A stretch of DNA of 64,000 nucleotides from Desulfatiglandales bacterium (GCA_963662465.1 OY759599.1:1-64000), one strand, 5' to 3'; shown: positions 18,412-29,025, numbered from the stretch's first letter. Notes: a model not told the origin generated them from the letters alone. A program made the numbers and translations.

Positions 18412-19058
18412 TTCCCAGACCTCAGCTTCGCCAATTCCCAAACGTAGTCATACAGGTGAAGGCCCTTACTGGATGCAATAATTTCACCGTCTTCAACTCC
18501 GATGCAAGATGCCATGTACTCTTTCAAGAGCTGAATGGCGCCCAGGTTGGCAGGGAAACCGTTCCATAAGTCCCAGGATCTGAAATAGACAATGAAGTGA
18601 AGCTTCCCATCGCTGATCCGGGTGTCAATACCTCGCAGGCATGGTGGGTCTGTCAGGCAAATAGAATCTTTATTCCCCACAGTCATGTATGCCTGGTTGG
18701 TTCTGAAACCGTCTTTTCGGTATATCCTGATAACTTCAGCGATTTGTGGCTCTAGTGATTGGCCATAGGTGTAAATTTCCCCTGGTTGCTTAGCTGAAGT
18801 CATAAGATACGGCAAATACTCCTCGATATAGCCGTCTGCCACGGGATTGGGAATACCCAGGGCGGGCGGGATTTCGGGGATGAGCGGCCGCTGCCCGGGG
18901 TGTTTAATATGAATGGTCACGTAATCGAATTCAAGCCGCTTCTGACCTTCGAAACTTCCCCGGTCAATGACATATTCCCTGCCTGTTTCCAGGAGCCGGT
19001 AAACACACTGGAACCAGGCGTCCGGCAGGTCTCTTGCTTCTATGGTTTCAAGTATCAT
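18408..19058 (-). CDS. thyA: Thymidylate synthase family protein (short type)
   Basis: YTYG, DPPCL, FRSWDL..GFPAN, LHLY motifs. Confidence 0.85.
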   Translation of the reverse strand: MILETIEARDLPDAWFQCVYRLLETGREYVIDRGSFEGQKRLEFDYVTIHIKHPGQRPLIPEIPPALGIPNPVADGYIEEYLPYLMTSAKQPGEIYTYGQSLEPQIAEVIRIYRKDGFRTNQAYMTVGNKDSICLTDPPCLRGIDTRISDGKLHFIVYFRSWDLWNGFPANLGAIQLLKEYMASCIGVEDGEIIASSKGLHLYDYVWELAKLRSGK

Positions 19059-19094
19059 TTTTTCCTCCAATTAAGGCCGGCAGATAACCATTGA

Positions 19095-19343
19095 TTACCC
19101 GGCATTTCCGCCCTGACAAGCTGCCATTGCCGTATTCTTCAGGCAATCCCTATTCCCACCCTTCCCACTCCCATTCAAGATCTGCGCGCGGCGCCACTTG
19201 TCAATCAACTCCGTGTCGGACGTCCAACTCCCACCGGAGAGTTTAACAGCGGGAAACCCCCGCTTCCGGATCAACACCAGTATGGTGGGGGCGCTGTACC
19301 CATAATGTTCTGAAATCGCATCCATTCCGTTAAGTGCCGCCAT
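19095..19343 (-). CDS. Excisionase/MerR-like HTH regulator
   Basis: GM.AI..Y.....TIL.LIR..GFPA.K..GSW motif; GGAGG RBS. Confidence 0.6.
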   Translation of the reverse strand: MAALNGMDAISEHYGYSAPTILVLIRKRGFPAVKLSGGSWTSDTELIDKWRRAQILNGSGKGGNRDCLKNTAMAACQGGNAG

Positions 19344-19363
19344 TGCTTTATCCTCCACTGCTA

Positions 19364-21352
19364 TCAACTCATGAATTTTGACCGGGCCACCGGGATAGGT
19401 TTCCCGGCGTCGGATTTCTTCTTTTCCCGCTGATGGACCGGCGCCCAGTTCCGCAACACAATATCCGCCATGGCAATGTGGTACCCCGAAATATCCCAAG
19501 CATGATTGTCACGGTTGTCGACAACTTCCCATATCCCTTTGTCGTCATTGCGAATCTCTGAACACATCTGCCTGGCCCAATCAAACGTGGTTTCCCGATG
19601 CAGGTGCCATGCCCCGGGGTCCACGGGCGAAATCTTCAGCCGGTTGGCCAACAGGTCCTTGTAATGGTTCACGTTCAAACCGTACAGCTTGATGTCCCGG
19701 CCCCGCTTCCGATGCTTCTCACCGGGCTTATCCCACTTCCAGGCCTGGGCCATGCGATCATGCCCCTTGATCCCCCAGACTCGCGGATAATGCTTTCGGC
19801 ACCAGTCGTACACCTCCCCGGTCCGATGTCCGCCCGTGTCAATGAAAACCAGCTGCACGGGATAAATCACGCCGTTCAAGTCCTTGTAAACTTCCTCAAA
19901 CAACACCCGTTCGAGGGCTGAGAAATCCTTGGAATGAATCGATATGGCAAACCCATCGCGCACCTGCCAGCTCTCCTGGTCCGGCCAGGGGCCCCAAGCG
20001 CGTATCTCATACCAGAACCCGTCATCCTGGGTATCCACGGAGGCCGTCAATGCCACAATGGGTTCCGACGGCATAGTGCCCCGGTCCCGATCATCGCGCA
20101 GGGCCAGGATGTCATCCTCCTTGCGCGGGCTGATCTTCCGCCGATACGCCTCGGCCTTATCCGCGTTGATAAAATGCTGCATTTTCACCGGGTCTTTGAG
20201 CCCCCGCAAAAAAGCGGCCGCCGGTTTCGCCAGCGGCATGAAGGAGCTGATCCAGGAGGGAAGGGTGAACCCGATTTTTCGGGGACGCTCCGCTTCCAGA
20301 TACTTGAACATCTCGATGCCGCCGGGGACTTTCGTCCATTCCTTCCGTTCCCGGGTCCGCCACTGGCCGCCGCGCGCGGCCTTGTTCCGGCCATTATCAT
20401 CCCACTTGGCGCCGCAAAGGGGGCATTCGTACCAGACCGGCCCCTTGGCTTCCAGTTCCTCAGGATCCGGGCGGACCTCCTTGCCGTCATCATCGATCAC
20501 CTTGTTCCATTTGATTTGATCAAACTCCATCACATGGCGGCGGTTGCACGATGGGCATTTCACCCAGAAATCAAACACCACCTGGGCTTCCGGCGAAACC
20601 TTCCCGGGGATGCCCACCAGCGCCCGGGAGATGGGGGCGTCCTCGAGGGTCGGCTTGGAAATTTTGATGATCTTGTGGTCGTACTGATACGTGATGGTCC
20701 TCTTTTCCCCCTGGGAAATGGGATCGGTCTCCCGCTTGTTGGGCTGATCCGGATAGAGATCCGTTTCATCGAAGATCATGACCTTGATGGGGCGGTTGGC
20801 CATGCGGGCGGGGGATCCGGCCCAGCCAATGTAGATGGGCATGTGCATCAGCTTGATCCGCAGGGATGATTTATCATCCTCATATCCGGTGAGATATTCC
20901 CGCAACCGGGCGGAACTTTCGATCATGGGCAGGATGCGGTCCTTGCAGTTCTCGGCGGCGGTGTTCCGGTCCGGGTAGTTGTATTGAATGGGGCCCGGGG
21001 AATGATCAATGCACCACCCCACAAAATTATGAACACACTCGGATTTTCCGATCTGATTGGCAGCCGCGATGATCACCACGCGAACATACGGAAGGGCCAT
21101 GGCGTCCATGATGCCTACCAAATAGGGGGTGACATCGTTCCGCCAGGGTCCCTTGAGCTTGCTCATGGTAACGATCCGGTGTTGCTCCGCCCACCGACTG
21201 GGCCGGATGGGACGCCGCTTGCGCAGCACCTGCTTTTCCGCCTTGGAAAAAGATCCCACGTATTCCAGCCGACCCTTCTCCTTCAGCTCGTTGACCAGAT
21301 ACGGAGGCAGTAAATCCGTTCGACGGGTTACAATGGATGTTTGGATATCCAT
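19364..21352 (-). CDS. Terminase large subunit, GpA family
   Basis: TPYL..IMD, QIGKSE, FDE.D, VDTQDD, IDTGG, NHAWD motifs. Confidence 0.96.
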   Translation of the reverse strand: MDIQTSIVTRRTDLLPPYLVNELKEKGRLEYVGSFSKAEKQVLRKRRPIRPSRWAEQHRIVTMSKLKGPWRNDVTPYLVGIMDAMALPYVRVVIIAAANQIGKSECVHNFVGWCIDHSPGPIQYNYPDRNTAAENCKDRILPMIESSARLREYLTGYEDDKSSLRIKLMHMPIYIGWAGSPARMANRPIKVMIFDETDLYPDQPNKRETDPISQGEKRTITYQYDHKIIKISKPTLEDAPISRALVGIPGKVSPEAQVVFDFWVKCPSCNRRHVMEFDQIKWNKVIDDDGKEVRPDPEELEAKGPVWYECPLCGAKWDDNGRNKAARGGQWRTRERKEWTKVPGGIEMFKYLEAERPRKIGFTLPSWISSFMPLAKPAAAFLRGLKDPVKMQHFINADKAEAYRRKISPRKEDDILALRDDRDRGTMPSEPIVALTASVDTQDDGFWYEIRAWGPWPDQESWQVRDGFAISIHSKDFSALERVLFEEVYKDLNGVIYPVQLVFIDTGGHRTGEVYDWCRKHYPRVWGIKGHDRMAQAWKWDKPGEKHRKRGRDIKLYGLNVNHYKDLLANRLKISPVDPGAWHLHRETTFDWARQMCSEIRNDDKGIWEVVDNRDNHAWDISGYHIAMADIVLRNWAPVHQREKKKSDAGKPIPVARSKFMS

Positions 21353-22105
21353 TTATATCGCTTCCGCCTCCTCGCTTTCGAAGGTGATCCGGAACTGAGG
21401 CGTTCGGATCAATTGGTTAAACATCTTATCCATGGCCATGCCCATGGCATCGATCAGCTCCGAGGCGCGTGCGGGATTTCCGTTAACAAGCTCGATCCAT
21501 GCCAGCGCTTCCGTCAGATGCATATTTCGGATGTTGGCTTCAACCATTTGGTGATGCGCCGCCTTTTCCATGTCGGCATCCGCAACCAGGCGGTATTTCC
21601 CTTCAATCACCCCGATGTCGATATCCATCATCCGGTTCTTCTTTTCCGCGATGTCCGCTTCCGCCTTCATCTTTCGAAGATGGGATTCGTCCACCTGGGC
21701 CACCCGATCTTCCGACCGGGGCAAGGTAATGGCGTAAGCGTCCAGGTCCCGCTTCAACACGGCGCCGTCCTTTTGAAGGAACAGCTTGGGCGGACTCCCG
21801 CCCTTGCCGGGTTTGAAATCTTTGTAAAACTTGGCGTGCCTGATTTTGAAACCGTTGACCTGGAGATATTCGAGAGCGGTTTTCCGGTCCTCAAACCGCT
21901 CATCCTTCGGAAAGTACCGCTCCCACATCCGGATCATGCATTTCTCGAATCCTTCCTGCGCCGCCGTCAGCTTACGGTCGTTTTCCTCTGACCACTGGGC
22001 GGCGAAAGCTTCCCGGAGTTTCGAAACGGCATCCCGGCGAAGAACCAACTCCTTGCGGTCATCCTCGCCGGCAATCTCCATCAGTTTGTCGATCTTATCC
22101 TTCAT
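21353..22105 (-). CDS. Terminase small subunit-like protein
   Basis: Immediately upstream of large subunit; HTH-like core and coiled coil with G.Y motif. Confidence 0.6.
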   Translation of the reverse strand: MKDKIDKLMEIAGEDDRKELVLRRDAVSKLREAFAAQWSEENDRKLTAAQEGFEKCMIRMWERYFPKDERFEDRKTALEYLQVNGFKIRHAKFYKDFKPGKGGSPPKLFLQKDGAVLKRDLDAYAITLPRSEDRVAQVDESHLRKMKAEADIAEKKNRMMDIDIGVIEGKYRLVADADMEKAAHHQMVEANIRNMHLTEALAWIELVNGNPARASELIDAMGMAMDKMFNQLIRTPQFRITFESEEAEAI

Positions 22106-22121
22106 GGGTGGCTCCGCATCA

Positions 22122-22325
22122 TTAATACTCAACCGCATCGATTTGGAATGACTTCGCGCATTCAGGGCATTCTATTTCCTCGCCTTCGACCTCATCCCAT
22201 TTATTGGTGAATATTAGTTTTGATAAAGCATAGTCTTCATCGTGGTCTACCAGGTTAATCTGCTCGCCGCAATGGGGGCATTCTACGAATAGATACCATG
22301 ATAAGACTGCCGTTGCTTCTAACAT
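22122..22325 (-). CDS. Zinc-ribbon phage protein
   Basis: CPHC...CPEC. Confidence 0.6.
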   Translation of the reverse strand: MLEATAVLSWYLFVECPHCGEQINLVDHDEDYALSKLIFTNKWDEVEGEEIECPECAKSFQIDAVEY

Positions 22326-22354
22326 GATTTATTCCTTTCCCGTGCATTCCATGT

Positions 22355-22558
22355 TTATATTTCTTTCCACGATTCCATCTCCTCTTCCGCAAAATTCTCG
22401 TTTTCAAAATAAAAATCGTTCCATTTACCGAGATAGGGTTCACAGTGAGGCACTGCCGCAACCCATTCTTGAGATGCGCCATTCCACATTGTCGCCAGTG
22501 GCACTGGGTAATTTTTAAATTGGCCGATAAACATGGTTCCGTTTTTGGGCGCCGCCAT
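22355..22558 (-). CDS. Small phage protein (APKNGT motif)
   Basis: APK.GT motif common in phage early genes; GGAG RBS. Confidence 0.5.
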   Translation of the reverse strand: MAAPKNGTMFIGQFKNYPVPLATMWNGASQEWVAAVPHCEPYLGKWNDFYFENENFAEEEMESWKEI

Positions 22559-23230
22559 TCGTTATCTCCTATCAAAATAAACTTACCTTAATTATACGCC
22601 CCCGAGAGCCACCGCACGGAATGTCTCGGATGGTTTTGAACCGGCAATGCTTAATTCCGGGCTTGGCTTTGTCCGTGCCGTCCGGTTCCCGTGCATGCCC
22701 AGGTTTCGCTCCGGCGCATATGCCGTGACCTGTTTTTGGCGTCAAGGCCGGCATTGCTCCTCGATGTCAATCCCTTGCGCCCATCCGTTAACGATATGCC
22801 CGGCGCTTGCCAGTTCCCCACCATGGGTCGCCAATTCCGCGAACCCACCATGATAAGCCATATCAACCCCTAACTGGATCATCTCGGCGGCCAGCGCCCG
22901 AAGGCGATTCGATATGTTTTTCTCGTCTTTCATGACGTCAACGCCTCCCAACACCAGTAGTATCCGAATGCCACGCCTATTGCCGTCCACCACAGGGATG
23001 CCAGGAAGCGCCGCAGCATAAATTTTTCCCGGGTTGATTGATTATTTTCCATCAGTTTCCTCCATCAGGGTCTTCAGGAGTTTTTTCGTGCGCTCATGTT
23101 CCATGGTTTTGATATATAGCTGCCGCTCCAGTCGGATGGTTTTTCGTTCCAACTGAATATATCGTTCGCACCAGTCTTCATTTTCCATTTCACGGATCTG
23201 TGTTGTCATCGATGGCGGCATGGGCCTCCT

Positions 23231-23971
23231 TTACGCAATAATGGCTAACCCGGCGGACAGGGCGCCTGTTTTCGTGCCAACCTGACCTTGCAACCATTCC
23301 CGAATCCCTTGAATGGCGTCCAGCCGCCAGGAGCCCCCGTCCGCCTCATGCAGACAACAGAGCGGAAGGCCGCCTTCGGGATCTGATTTCATGCGGAAGA
23401 TGAACGCCGATTCCGGTTGCTCGATCTCCATGAACGTTCGAAACGGACAAAGCGCCACCGAATTCGGGAGAACCTCCTCGCCCACGGTGGAAATCCCGCG
23501 CTTCACGGTAACCTGCTGGGAAATCCCGTCGTCTGAAACCGTCTTGACCGCACTGTCTTTCAGGTTGCCGACAATTCGCAGGATATTTTCCCGATCCGGC
23601 GTCGCGTGGAACATGCTCTGCAGCATGATGATGAATGGCTCCACAGGCTGGTATTTGCCGAACGGAATCCCGGGGACGTCCGCCTCAGCTGACAAATAAT
23701 GAGCACGGGTCATAAACCCGCCATACAAACTGGAATAAAGGTTAACCTGGATCGGACTTTGTACATGGATCATCAATGAATCGAACTCCAGATGGTCGAT
23801 ATTGCATATCAGGTAATCCACCATGCCGGTTAGGGTATGAACGTCCCCGATGAGGCCAGGAATTGACACTTTGACTGGATAGATCGGTTTGCTGGTATAT
23901 TCCCGCCCGTCGAAATTCAGCACTTCCGGCTTAGCCATTTCTTCTATTTTCTCAATCATTTTCTTCAACAT
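23231..23971 (-). CDS. Conserved phage early protein
   Basis: TLTG.VDY, DDGISQ.VT, L.PFRTF.E.EQP.S.F.FR, EADGG.W motifs. Confidence 0.75.
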   Translation of the reverse strand: MLKKMIEKIEEMAKPEVLNFDGREYTSKPIYPVKVSIPGLIGDVHTLTGMVDYLICNIDHLEFDSLMIHVQSPIQVNLYSSLYGGFMTRAHYLSAEADVPGIPFGKYQPVEPFIIMLQSMFHATPDRENILRIVGNLKDSAVKTVSDDGISQQVTVKRGISTVGEEVLPNSVALCPFRTFMEIEQPESAFIFRMKSDPEGGLPLCCLHEADGGSWRLDAIQGIREWLQGQVGTKTGALSAGLAIIA

Positions 23972-23972
23972 C

Positions 23973-24326
23973 TCACTCGCTCCTTTCGCCTATGGGAATC
24001 ACTTTCCCTTTTTCGAACATGGAAGGCTGATTATTCTCGAACTCCCTGACCTCCACCTTCCCGCGCACGTCCTTCCCGAAAAGAACCTTGGTCAAAAAAG
24101 CTTTGGAACCGGAAAGCCTGGACCCCACAGACAGGTCCACCGTTGCCAGGTCCCTGTTTTCATCCGGTTTAAAGGTCACCTTCATGGTGATGGATCGGCT
24201 CTGCTTTGCATCGGTGTTCGGGTCCATGATATTTTTCAACACCTTGTTCAGCTCCGCCTCAAACAACTCCACCGCGGCGCCGTCCCCCAGATTTGCCAGA
24301 TTCAACGTTTCTTCCTTTGTGTACAT
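23973..24326 (-). CDS. Conserved phage early protein (partner of downstream gene)
   Basis: GAA.E.F..EL.KV..NI.DPNT.....R.IT motif. Confidence 0.75.
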   Translation of the reverse strand: MYTKEETLNLANLGDGAAVELFEAELNKVLKNIMDPNTDAKQSRSITMKVTFKPDENRDLATVDLSVGSRLSGSKAFLTKVLFGKDVRGKVEVREFENNQPSMFEKGKVIPIGERSE

Positions 24327-24360
24327 GCGTTTCTCCTTTCTCTTTTCTCTTTTCGTTTTC

Positions 24361-24747
24361 CTACCGCCCTTGATTCGCCGCCTCCTTCGTCAGCCGGCGC
24401 ATCACCGTCAACGGCACGGGATGGACACTCCGTCTTACGCCACTGCATTGGATGATCTCAAATTGAGCGGAGTGGTAGGCCGCCAGATCCCGATACGGAT
24501 CAATTTCCGTGGTCTTATGGAACAGATCGCATACCACCACGTTTTCCCCGTTCGACAGGGCCACGTCCGCCAGGGAAAAAACCAGCTCCCGGGCCTGTTG
24601 CCATATCTGAGCGTTGAAGCGATACCGACCGCCGCAATCCGTAAAAAGGTGATCCGTTTCATAATGCAGAAGATCCGGGTATTTCATCCTGGCCTTGGTG
24701 GTCTTTCCGCTGCCGGGAAGCCCGCCTATTAAAATCAGTTTAGACAT
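24361..24747 (-). CDS. P-loop kinase-like protein
   Basis: LI.GLPGSGKTT Walker A; H.VP C-terminal motif. Confidence 0.8.
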   Translation of the reverse strand: MSKLILIGGLPGSGKTTKARMKYPDLLHYETDHLFTDCGGRYRFNAQIWQQARELVFSLADVALSNGENVVVCDLFHKTTEIDPYRDLAAYHSAQFEIIQCSGVRRSVHPVPLTVMRRLTKEAANQGR

Positions 24748-25012
24748 TCCTCGCTCCCATAAGCCGCTGGATGCCTTTTTGATTGTCGAAAGCATCACAT
24801 TGATTATTTGGGTTGATGCGGTATCTCGACCCGTTCATGGCCCCAACGATACGGCACCTTGGATAAATCCCCAGTGGTTCTCCGCCGATGCCTGTTTCCT
24901 GGAACCGCGTTATGAAATAATCACAACCTCCACAATTCCGAGATTGCTGCCCTCGTCGGTAATTCAATTCTTTCTTCTTTTTCAACATCGGAACTCCCAT
25001 ATTCGCCTCCAT
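24740..25012 (-). CDS. Cys-rich phage protein
   Basis: C..C...C...C pattern. Confidence 0.5.
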   Translation of the reverse strand: MEANMGVPMLKKKKELNYRRGQQSRNCGGCDYFITRFQETGIGGEPLGIYPRCRIVGAMNGSRYRINPNNQCDAFDNQKGIQRLMGARNV

Positions 25013-25068
25013 CCTCTTTGTTGAGACAAGGCATGCCTTCTCTCTACGTCAACCAAACCGGTCGCGTT

Positions 25069-25764
25069 TTATGCTGCCAACAAATCCACAAGCCAATATT
25101 TATCCACTTTCCGAAAATCAATAATGGCGACATTTTCCACAATGAAAGTCTTCGTGTCCTTATCCAGGATGTAATACATATCCCCACCTTGCTGTTCAGT
25201 GCGGGCCGTCCCCCGTTTTTTTGCGCGAAGCTCGCCGGATTTGATGGCGCGGGTCACAAACTTCGAATCTTCGCCCAAACACATGGCCAGGGAGCAGGCG
25301 CTCTGCCCATGCAGGTTTTGGCTCATATGCAGCCTTCTCATCTTCAAAACGCACGCCGTAGTGCTCCGATGATAACCGGCTGCCTTCATTTTCCGGGAGA
25401 CAACTTCCGGGGCATACCGGGCCAGTCTCTGAAGCTGTTCCGTTTCCGCTTCCGTCCAGGGCGCCTGTTTTTTCTGCTTCGCAATCCACCCCTGGTGACT
25501 GGCATACCGGGTGATCTTCCATCTCGGAATCCGAAGCCGCTTGGCCAGGTCATTAATCTGGTTTGAAACCGGTTCCCGCTGGTATACCCTGCGGATCTCC
25601 TCATGCATCTCCGGCGTCACTGGATATTTTGATTTTGTCTTCCGGCCGCGCATTCCTTCGACTTTGCATTTACGGCTGCAAAACTTCGGGGGGCCATTTT
25701 CCTCCGATCGCCAGGCCCGTCCGGGCATCCTGCACGTCTCGCATATAAAATCAAACATGGGCAT
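25069..25764 (-). CDS. Zn-finger/HTH phage protein
   Basis: CETC..FCSRKC, WT..E...L motif, C-terminal HTH. Confidence 0.55.
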   Translation of the reverse strand: MPMFDFICETCRMPGRAWRSEENGPPKFCSRKCKVEGMRGRKTKSKYPVTPEMHEEIRRVYQREPVSNQINDLAKRLRIPRWKITRYASHQGWIAKQKKQAPWTEAETEQLQRLARYAPEVVSRKMKAAGYHRSTTACVLKMRRLHMSQNLHGQSACSLAMCLGEDSKFVTRAIKSGELRAKKRGTARTEQQGGDMYYILDKDTKTFIVENVAIIDFRKVDKYWLVDLLAA

Positions 25765-25769
25765 TTCAA

Positions 25770-26150
25770 TTAACCCCGTTTCCTTGTTACCATGCTGCAC
25801 CACTCATCATGATGCTCATCAACCCCATGGCAGATGGGGCAGATGGATTTATCTTTATCCGTTTTAAACCCCAGGTCTTTGACGATGGGCTTTAAAATCA
25901 TAACCTGGATCGGTCGGTCAAACTCATGAAGCAGGTTGCGGATAACCATTTCCGCTTTTTCGATCCGGGTTTGGAAACTGGATGAAGCTCCGGACCGCGT
26001 TTCAATGCCGAATTCCTTAAAACGGGAACGCACCGTGCCCAGGCTGCAGCCAAGACGCTCCGCGATTTCTGGGAGGGTGTATTTGTCGTACATCCGGGTT
26101 AATGCCTCCCGATCGTTCAATGCCGGGGCGTCAATTCGTTTTGGGGCCAT
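25770..26150 (-). CDS. HTH phage protein
   Basis: TL.EIAERLGCS.GTV..R...FGI..R. Confidence 0.65.
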   Translation of the reverse strand: MAPKRIDAPALNDREALTRMYDKYTLPEIAERLGCSLGTVRSRFKEFGIETRSGASSSFQTRIEKAEMVIRNLLHEFDRPIQVMILKPIVKDLGFKTDKDKSICPICHGVDEHHDEWCSMVTRKRG

Positions 26151-26177
26151 GTTGAAAACCTTCCTTTTCCGTTGCGT

Positions 26178-27242
26178 TTATAGGAACCAACCCTTTGGCA
26201 ATCCGCCCTTGATCCATTCCCGGATATCCACCCCTTGCTCAAAGGATTCTCCCGGGTCCTTTCCCAACGGCACCGGCCAACGCTTTGTCCGAGGGAAGTT
26301 GTTTGTCCACCATTGCCCCTGGTTCGCGCCGGCGTGATCGTAATCCAGGGCGTTCAGGATAACGGCGGCGTTTTGCAGGATCGCCGCTGTTTTCACGTCG
26401 GGTTTCCGGCTGGAGTTCCCCAGGGCCACCACGCCGGTGATGGTGTCTCCGTAGTTCGCCCAATGGTGGATCATCATGGCGTCCAGTTCCGACTCCACGA
26501 TGGCGTAGGCCCGGGCGGCGTCCCCTTCTACCAAGCAGCGCATGGAAGACCCGGGGAGCACATAATATCTCGGTTCACCGGATTCCCGGCGGATGCGGAT
26601 CCGGTGGATCTCTTTTCCCTCCAACAAAGGAATCACCAGGCCTTGGGGTATCCACATCATCTTCTTTCGGCCATCAGGCTTCAGCTCGGTCGGCAGTCCC
26701 CACGATTCGCGCGGGCGGAAGAGGTCTTTCCCGTCCTTGCCGGGGTTCCAGCCCAGACCGAAGTATTTGATCACATATTCGTTGATGCCCCGTTTGGCCA
26801 GCCACCCCTTGGGACCTTCATCGTTTTGCATTGCCATGAGGTTGTCAAAGGCCCACACCACAAACTTGTGGGCCTTTTCCCGCCACAGTTCCGGCGGCGG
26901 CCCCTGTTCAGCATCAGGTTTCCACATGGGTTTCCCTCCCTTTCCATTCAGGTTTGGTTTCGGCACCCTGTAATCCGACGCCTCTCGCGGCGTATGCCCC
27001 AGGCGCTCGCAGGCGTCCCGGTAGCTGAGACCCTCGAACTCCCGCAGGAACTGTATGCCGTCCCCACCTTTGCCGCACTGGCGGCACCACCAGGAGCCTT
27101 CACCGTGATTCTCTTCAGGCCACACATGGAAGCGATCTGTTCCGCCGCACCCGGGGCAGGGGCAGTGGTATTCCCCACCCTTGGTGGATGCCGCCTTTTT
27201 GGGCTCACAGTATCGACCTACCAGAGACAGAACATTTTCCAT
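26178..27242 (-). CDS. DNA primase (Zn finger plus TOPRIM)
   Basis: CPGCGGTDRF...CRQC, VESELDA, LDYD.AG, KDP motifs. Confidence 0.88.
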   Translation of the reverse strand: MENVLSLVGRYCEPKKAASTKGGEYHCPCPGCGGTDRFHVWPEENHGEGSWWCRQCGKGGDGIQFLREFEGLSYRDACERLGHTPREASDYRVPKPNLNGKGGKPMWKPDAEQGPPPELWREKAHKFVVWAFDNLMAMQNDEGPKGWLAKRGINEYVIKYFGLGWNPGKDGKDLFRPRESWGLPTELKPDGRKKMMWIPQGLVIPLLEGKEIHRIRIRRESGEPRYYVLPGSSMRCLVEGDAARAYAIVESELDAMMIHHWANYGDTITGVVALGNSSRKPDVKTAAILQNAAVILNALDYDHAGANQGQWWTNNFPRTKRWPVPLGKDPGESFEQGVDIREWIKGGLPKGWFL

Positions 27243-27447
27243 TTTTTACGCCTCCAACCCTTTGTCCGCCATCGTCAAGAAACAGTCCAAAAAAAACTTC
27301 TTTTTTATTCTAATAACTTACATCTTCTTTTTTATAAAAAAGGACGATAATACTATATTATCAATAAAGTGCTTAAAAGAACTCCCTAGGGAAGTTTTAC
27401 GGGGTATTTGTCGCAATCAGGGGCCTAAGGTCCCTTTGATCCACGAA

Positions 27448-29025
27448 TTAGGCCGTCATGAGCCTCAGCCCCTGATAAAAATACGTGCCGCGTTTCACCT
27501 TATCGAACCGATCCTTCATCAAATTGCCGAATTTCTTTTGGCTGAAGGTGCCCTGCTTGCTGACATTCTCCGCGAACCACTCCTTGAACCCGTCGTACAG
27601 TTCCGTGGCCGGGGCTTCGGCGCCGGCGGAGATATGACATCGCTGATCCAGGAAGTCCGCCAGAAGATCCTCATCCTGTTTGTATTCTTTTGTGGCATCC
27701 AGAATCACTTTGGGAGGCGACAGGCCGTCCCGTTGCCACTTTAAACACCCGCGCACCAGCCATGCTAAGATCCCGGGCGCTTCCATTTTCAGCTTGTCAC
27801 CGACCGATTTGTCCACGGCGCGCTCATTGTCGCGCTGGGGCGCCCGATCGACAAACGAGAGCGTGAACGGGATCAGGTGGACCCGTTCCCAGAAGGCGAA
27901 ATCATTGGCCGGCGCATGGGGCTTGTGGTTGGTCAGGAGAACAAGGGTGTGAGTCGGGGTGAAATAGGTGTCATCGCGATCGTAAAGGGAACGGCCCACC
28001 AGCGTGTCGGATCCTGAAAGCCACTTCACTTTGGCCGGGGAGAAACGGCGTCCCTCATCAGCTTCGGATCCGAACGCGATCCGCAGGCCCTTGAGCGCCA
28101 TAATATCCGGACTGGCGGATGAAGCGCTCTTGGTGCGTCCCTGATCCAAAAGCATCTCCGATTGAATGGGAGCAGACATGGGCCCCAGGATGCTTTTGAT
28201 CATTTCAACAATGGTGGTTTTGCCATTGCGGCCTTGCCCCCACATAATGGGCAACACGGCTTCAATGGCCAACCCGGTAATACTGTACCCAAGCAGGCGC
28301 TGAAGATAATCTACCAGCTCCTGGTCGCCATCGAAGATTTCAAACAATATTTTTTTGAAAACGGGTGCCTCGGCCTCGATGCCGGGATATTCAACCGGAC
28401 TGGCTTTGCTGATCATATCGTCGCATCGCCCAGGGCGCAGGTCACCGGTACGGAGATCGATAACACCGTTTGCACAGGCGAACAACCAGGGGTTCTGATC
28501 CAGATCATCTCCGGGCATGGCCAGGGCATGGGTATTGTTCGCTTGCGCAAAGCTCCGGCAATTCTTGCGGCCGTTTTCAGACCGTAACCGGTTTACTCGT
28601 TTGTATATGGAATCCTGAATACCCTTCAACGCATCGGCAGTTTCTGTTTCCTTATTTTTCATGGCATTATTGATATCGGAAACAATGTCTTTTGCCTCTT
28701 CAAGATATCGTTGGGCCACATTCGCAACGGCGGAAAGGGATTCATCCATCGTGTCAATAGCCCAATAATGCCCGGCCCACTTATGCCATCTCTGGGACTT
28801 CATGTTGAAAATAAACTTTCCATCATGAAGCGCCGCAAAAAGAATTCCGTCCCCTTCCTGGTTCGCGTTCAGGCAATCGCGGACAAACTTCCGGGGAATT
28901 TCCCCGTTGTCGGACCCTGTATTTTCAGTTTCGGGTTGCGCCTGGGTGTCCTTAGACGCCTTCGCCTGGCGCTCCGCTTCAATCCGCTGGCGTACCATTT
29001 CATCAATTGAAATGTCGTTGGACAT
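27448..29025 (-). CDS. P4/D5-family SF3 helicase
   Basis: CANGVIDLRTG, GQGRNGKTT, VKWLSG.D, NHKP, W.R...IPF motifs. Confidence 0.93.
   Translation of the reverse strand: MSNDISIDEMVRQRIEAERQAKASKDTQAQPETENTGSDNGEIPRKFVRDCLNANQEGDGILFAALHDGKFIFNMKSQRWHKWAGHYWAIDTMDESLSAVANVAQRYLEEAKDIVSDINNAMKNKETETADALKGIQDSIYKRVNRLRSENGRKNCRSFAQANNTHALAMPGDDLDQNPWLFACANGVIDLRTGDLRPGRCDDMISKASPVEYPGIEAEAPVFKKILFEIFDGDQELVDYLQRLLGYSITGLAIEAVLPIMWGQGRNGKTTIVEMIKSILGPMSAPIQSEMLLDQGRTKSASSASPDIMALKGLRIAFGSEADEGRRFSPAKVKWLSGSDTLVGRSLYDRDDTYFTPTHTLVLLTNHKPHAPANDFAFWERVHLIPFTLSFVDRAPQRDNERAVDKSVGDKLKMEAPGILAWLVRGCLKWQRDGLSPPKVILDATKEYKQDEDLLADFLDQRCHISAGAEAPATELYDGFKEWFAENVSKQGTFSQKKFGNLMKDRFDKVKRGTYFYQGLRLMTA

Noticed and set aside
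18408..19058. Full DNA hypermodification cluster
   Set aside because: No glycosyltransferase, dedicated polymerase or modification kinase cluster is visible beside the thymidylate synthase
5845..28673. Long plus-strand ORFs over the prophage (e.g. 19934-20869, 26235-27350, 11943-12686)
   Set aside because: Antisense shadows of recognisable GC-rich minus-strand genes, with no motifs of their own
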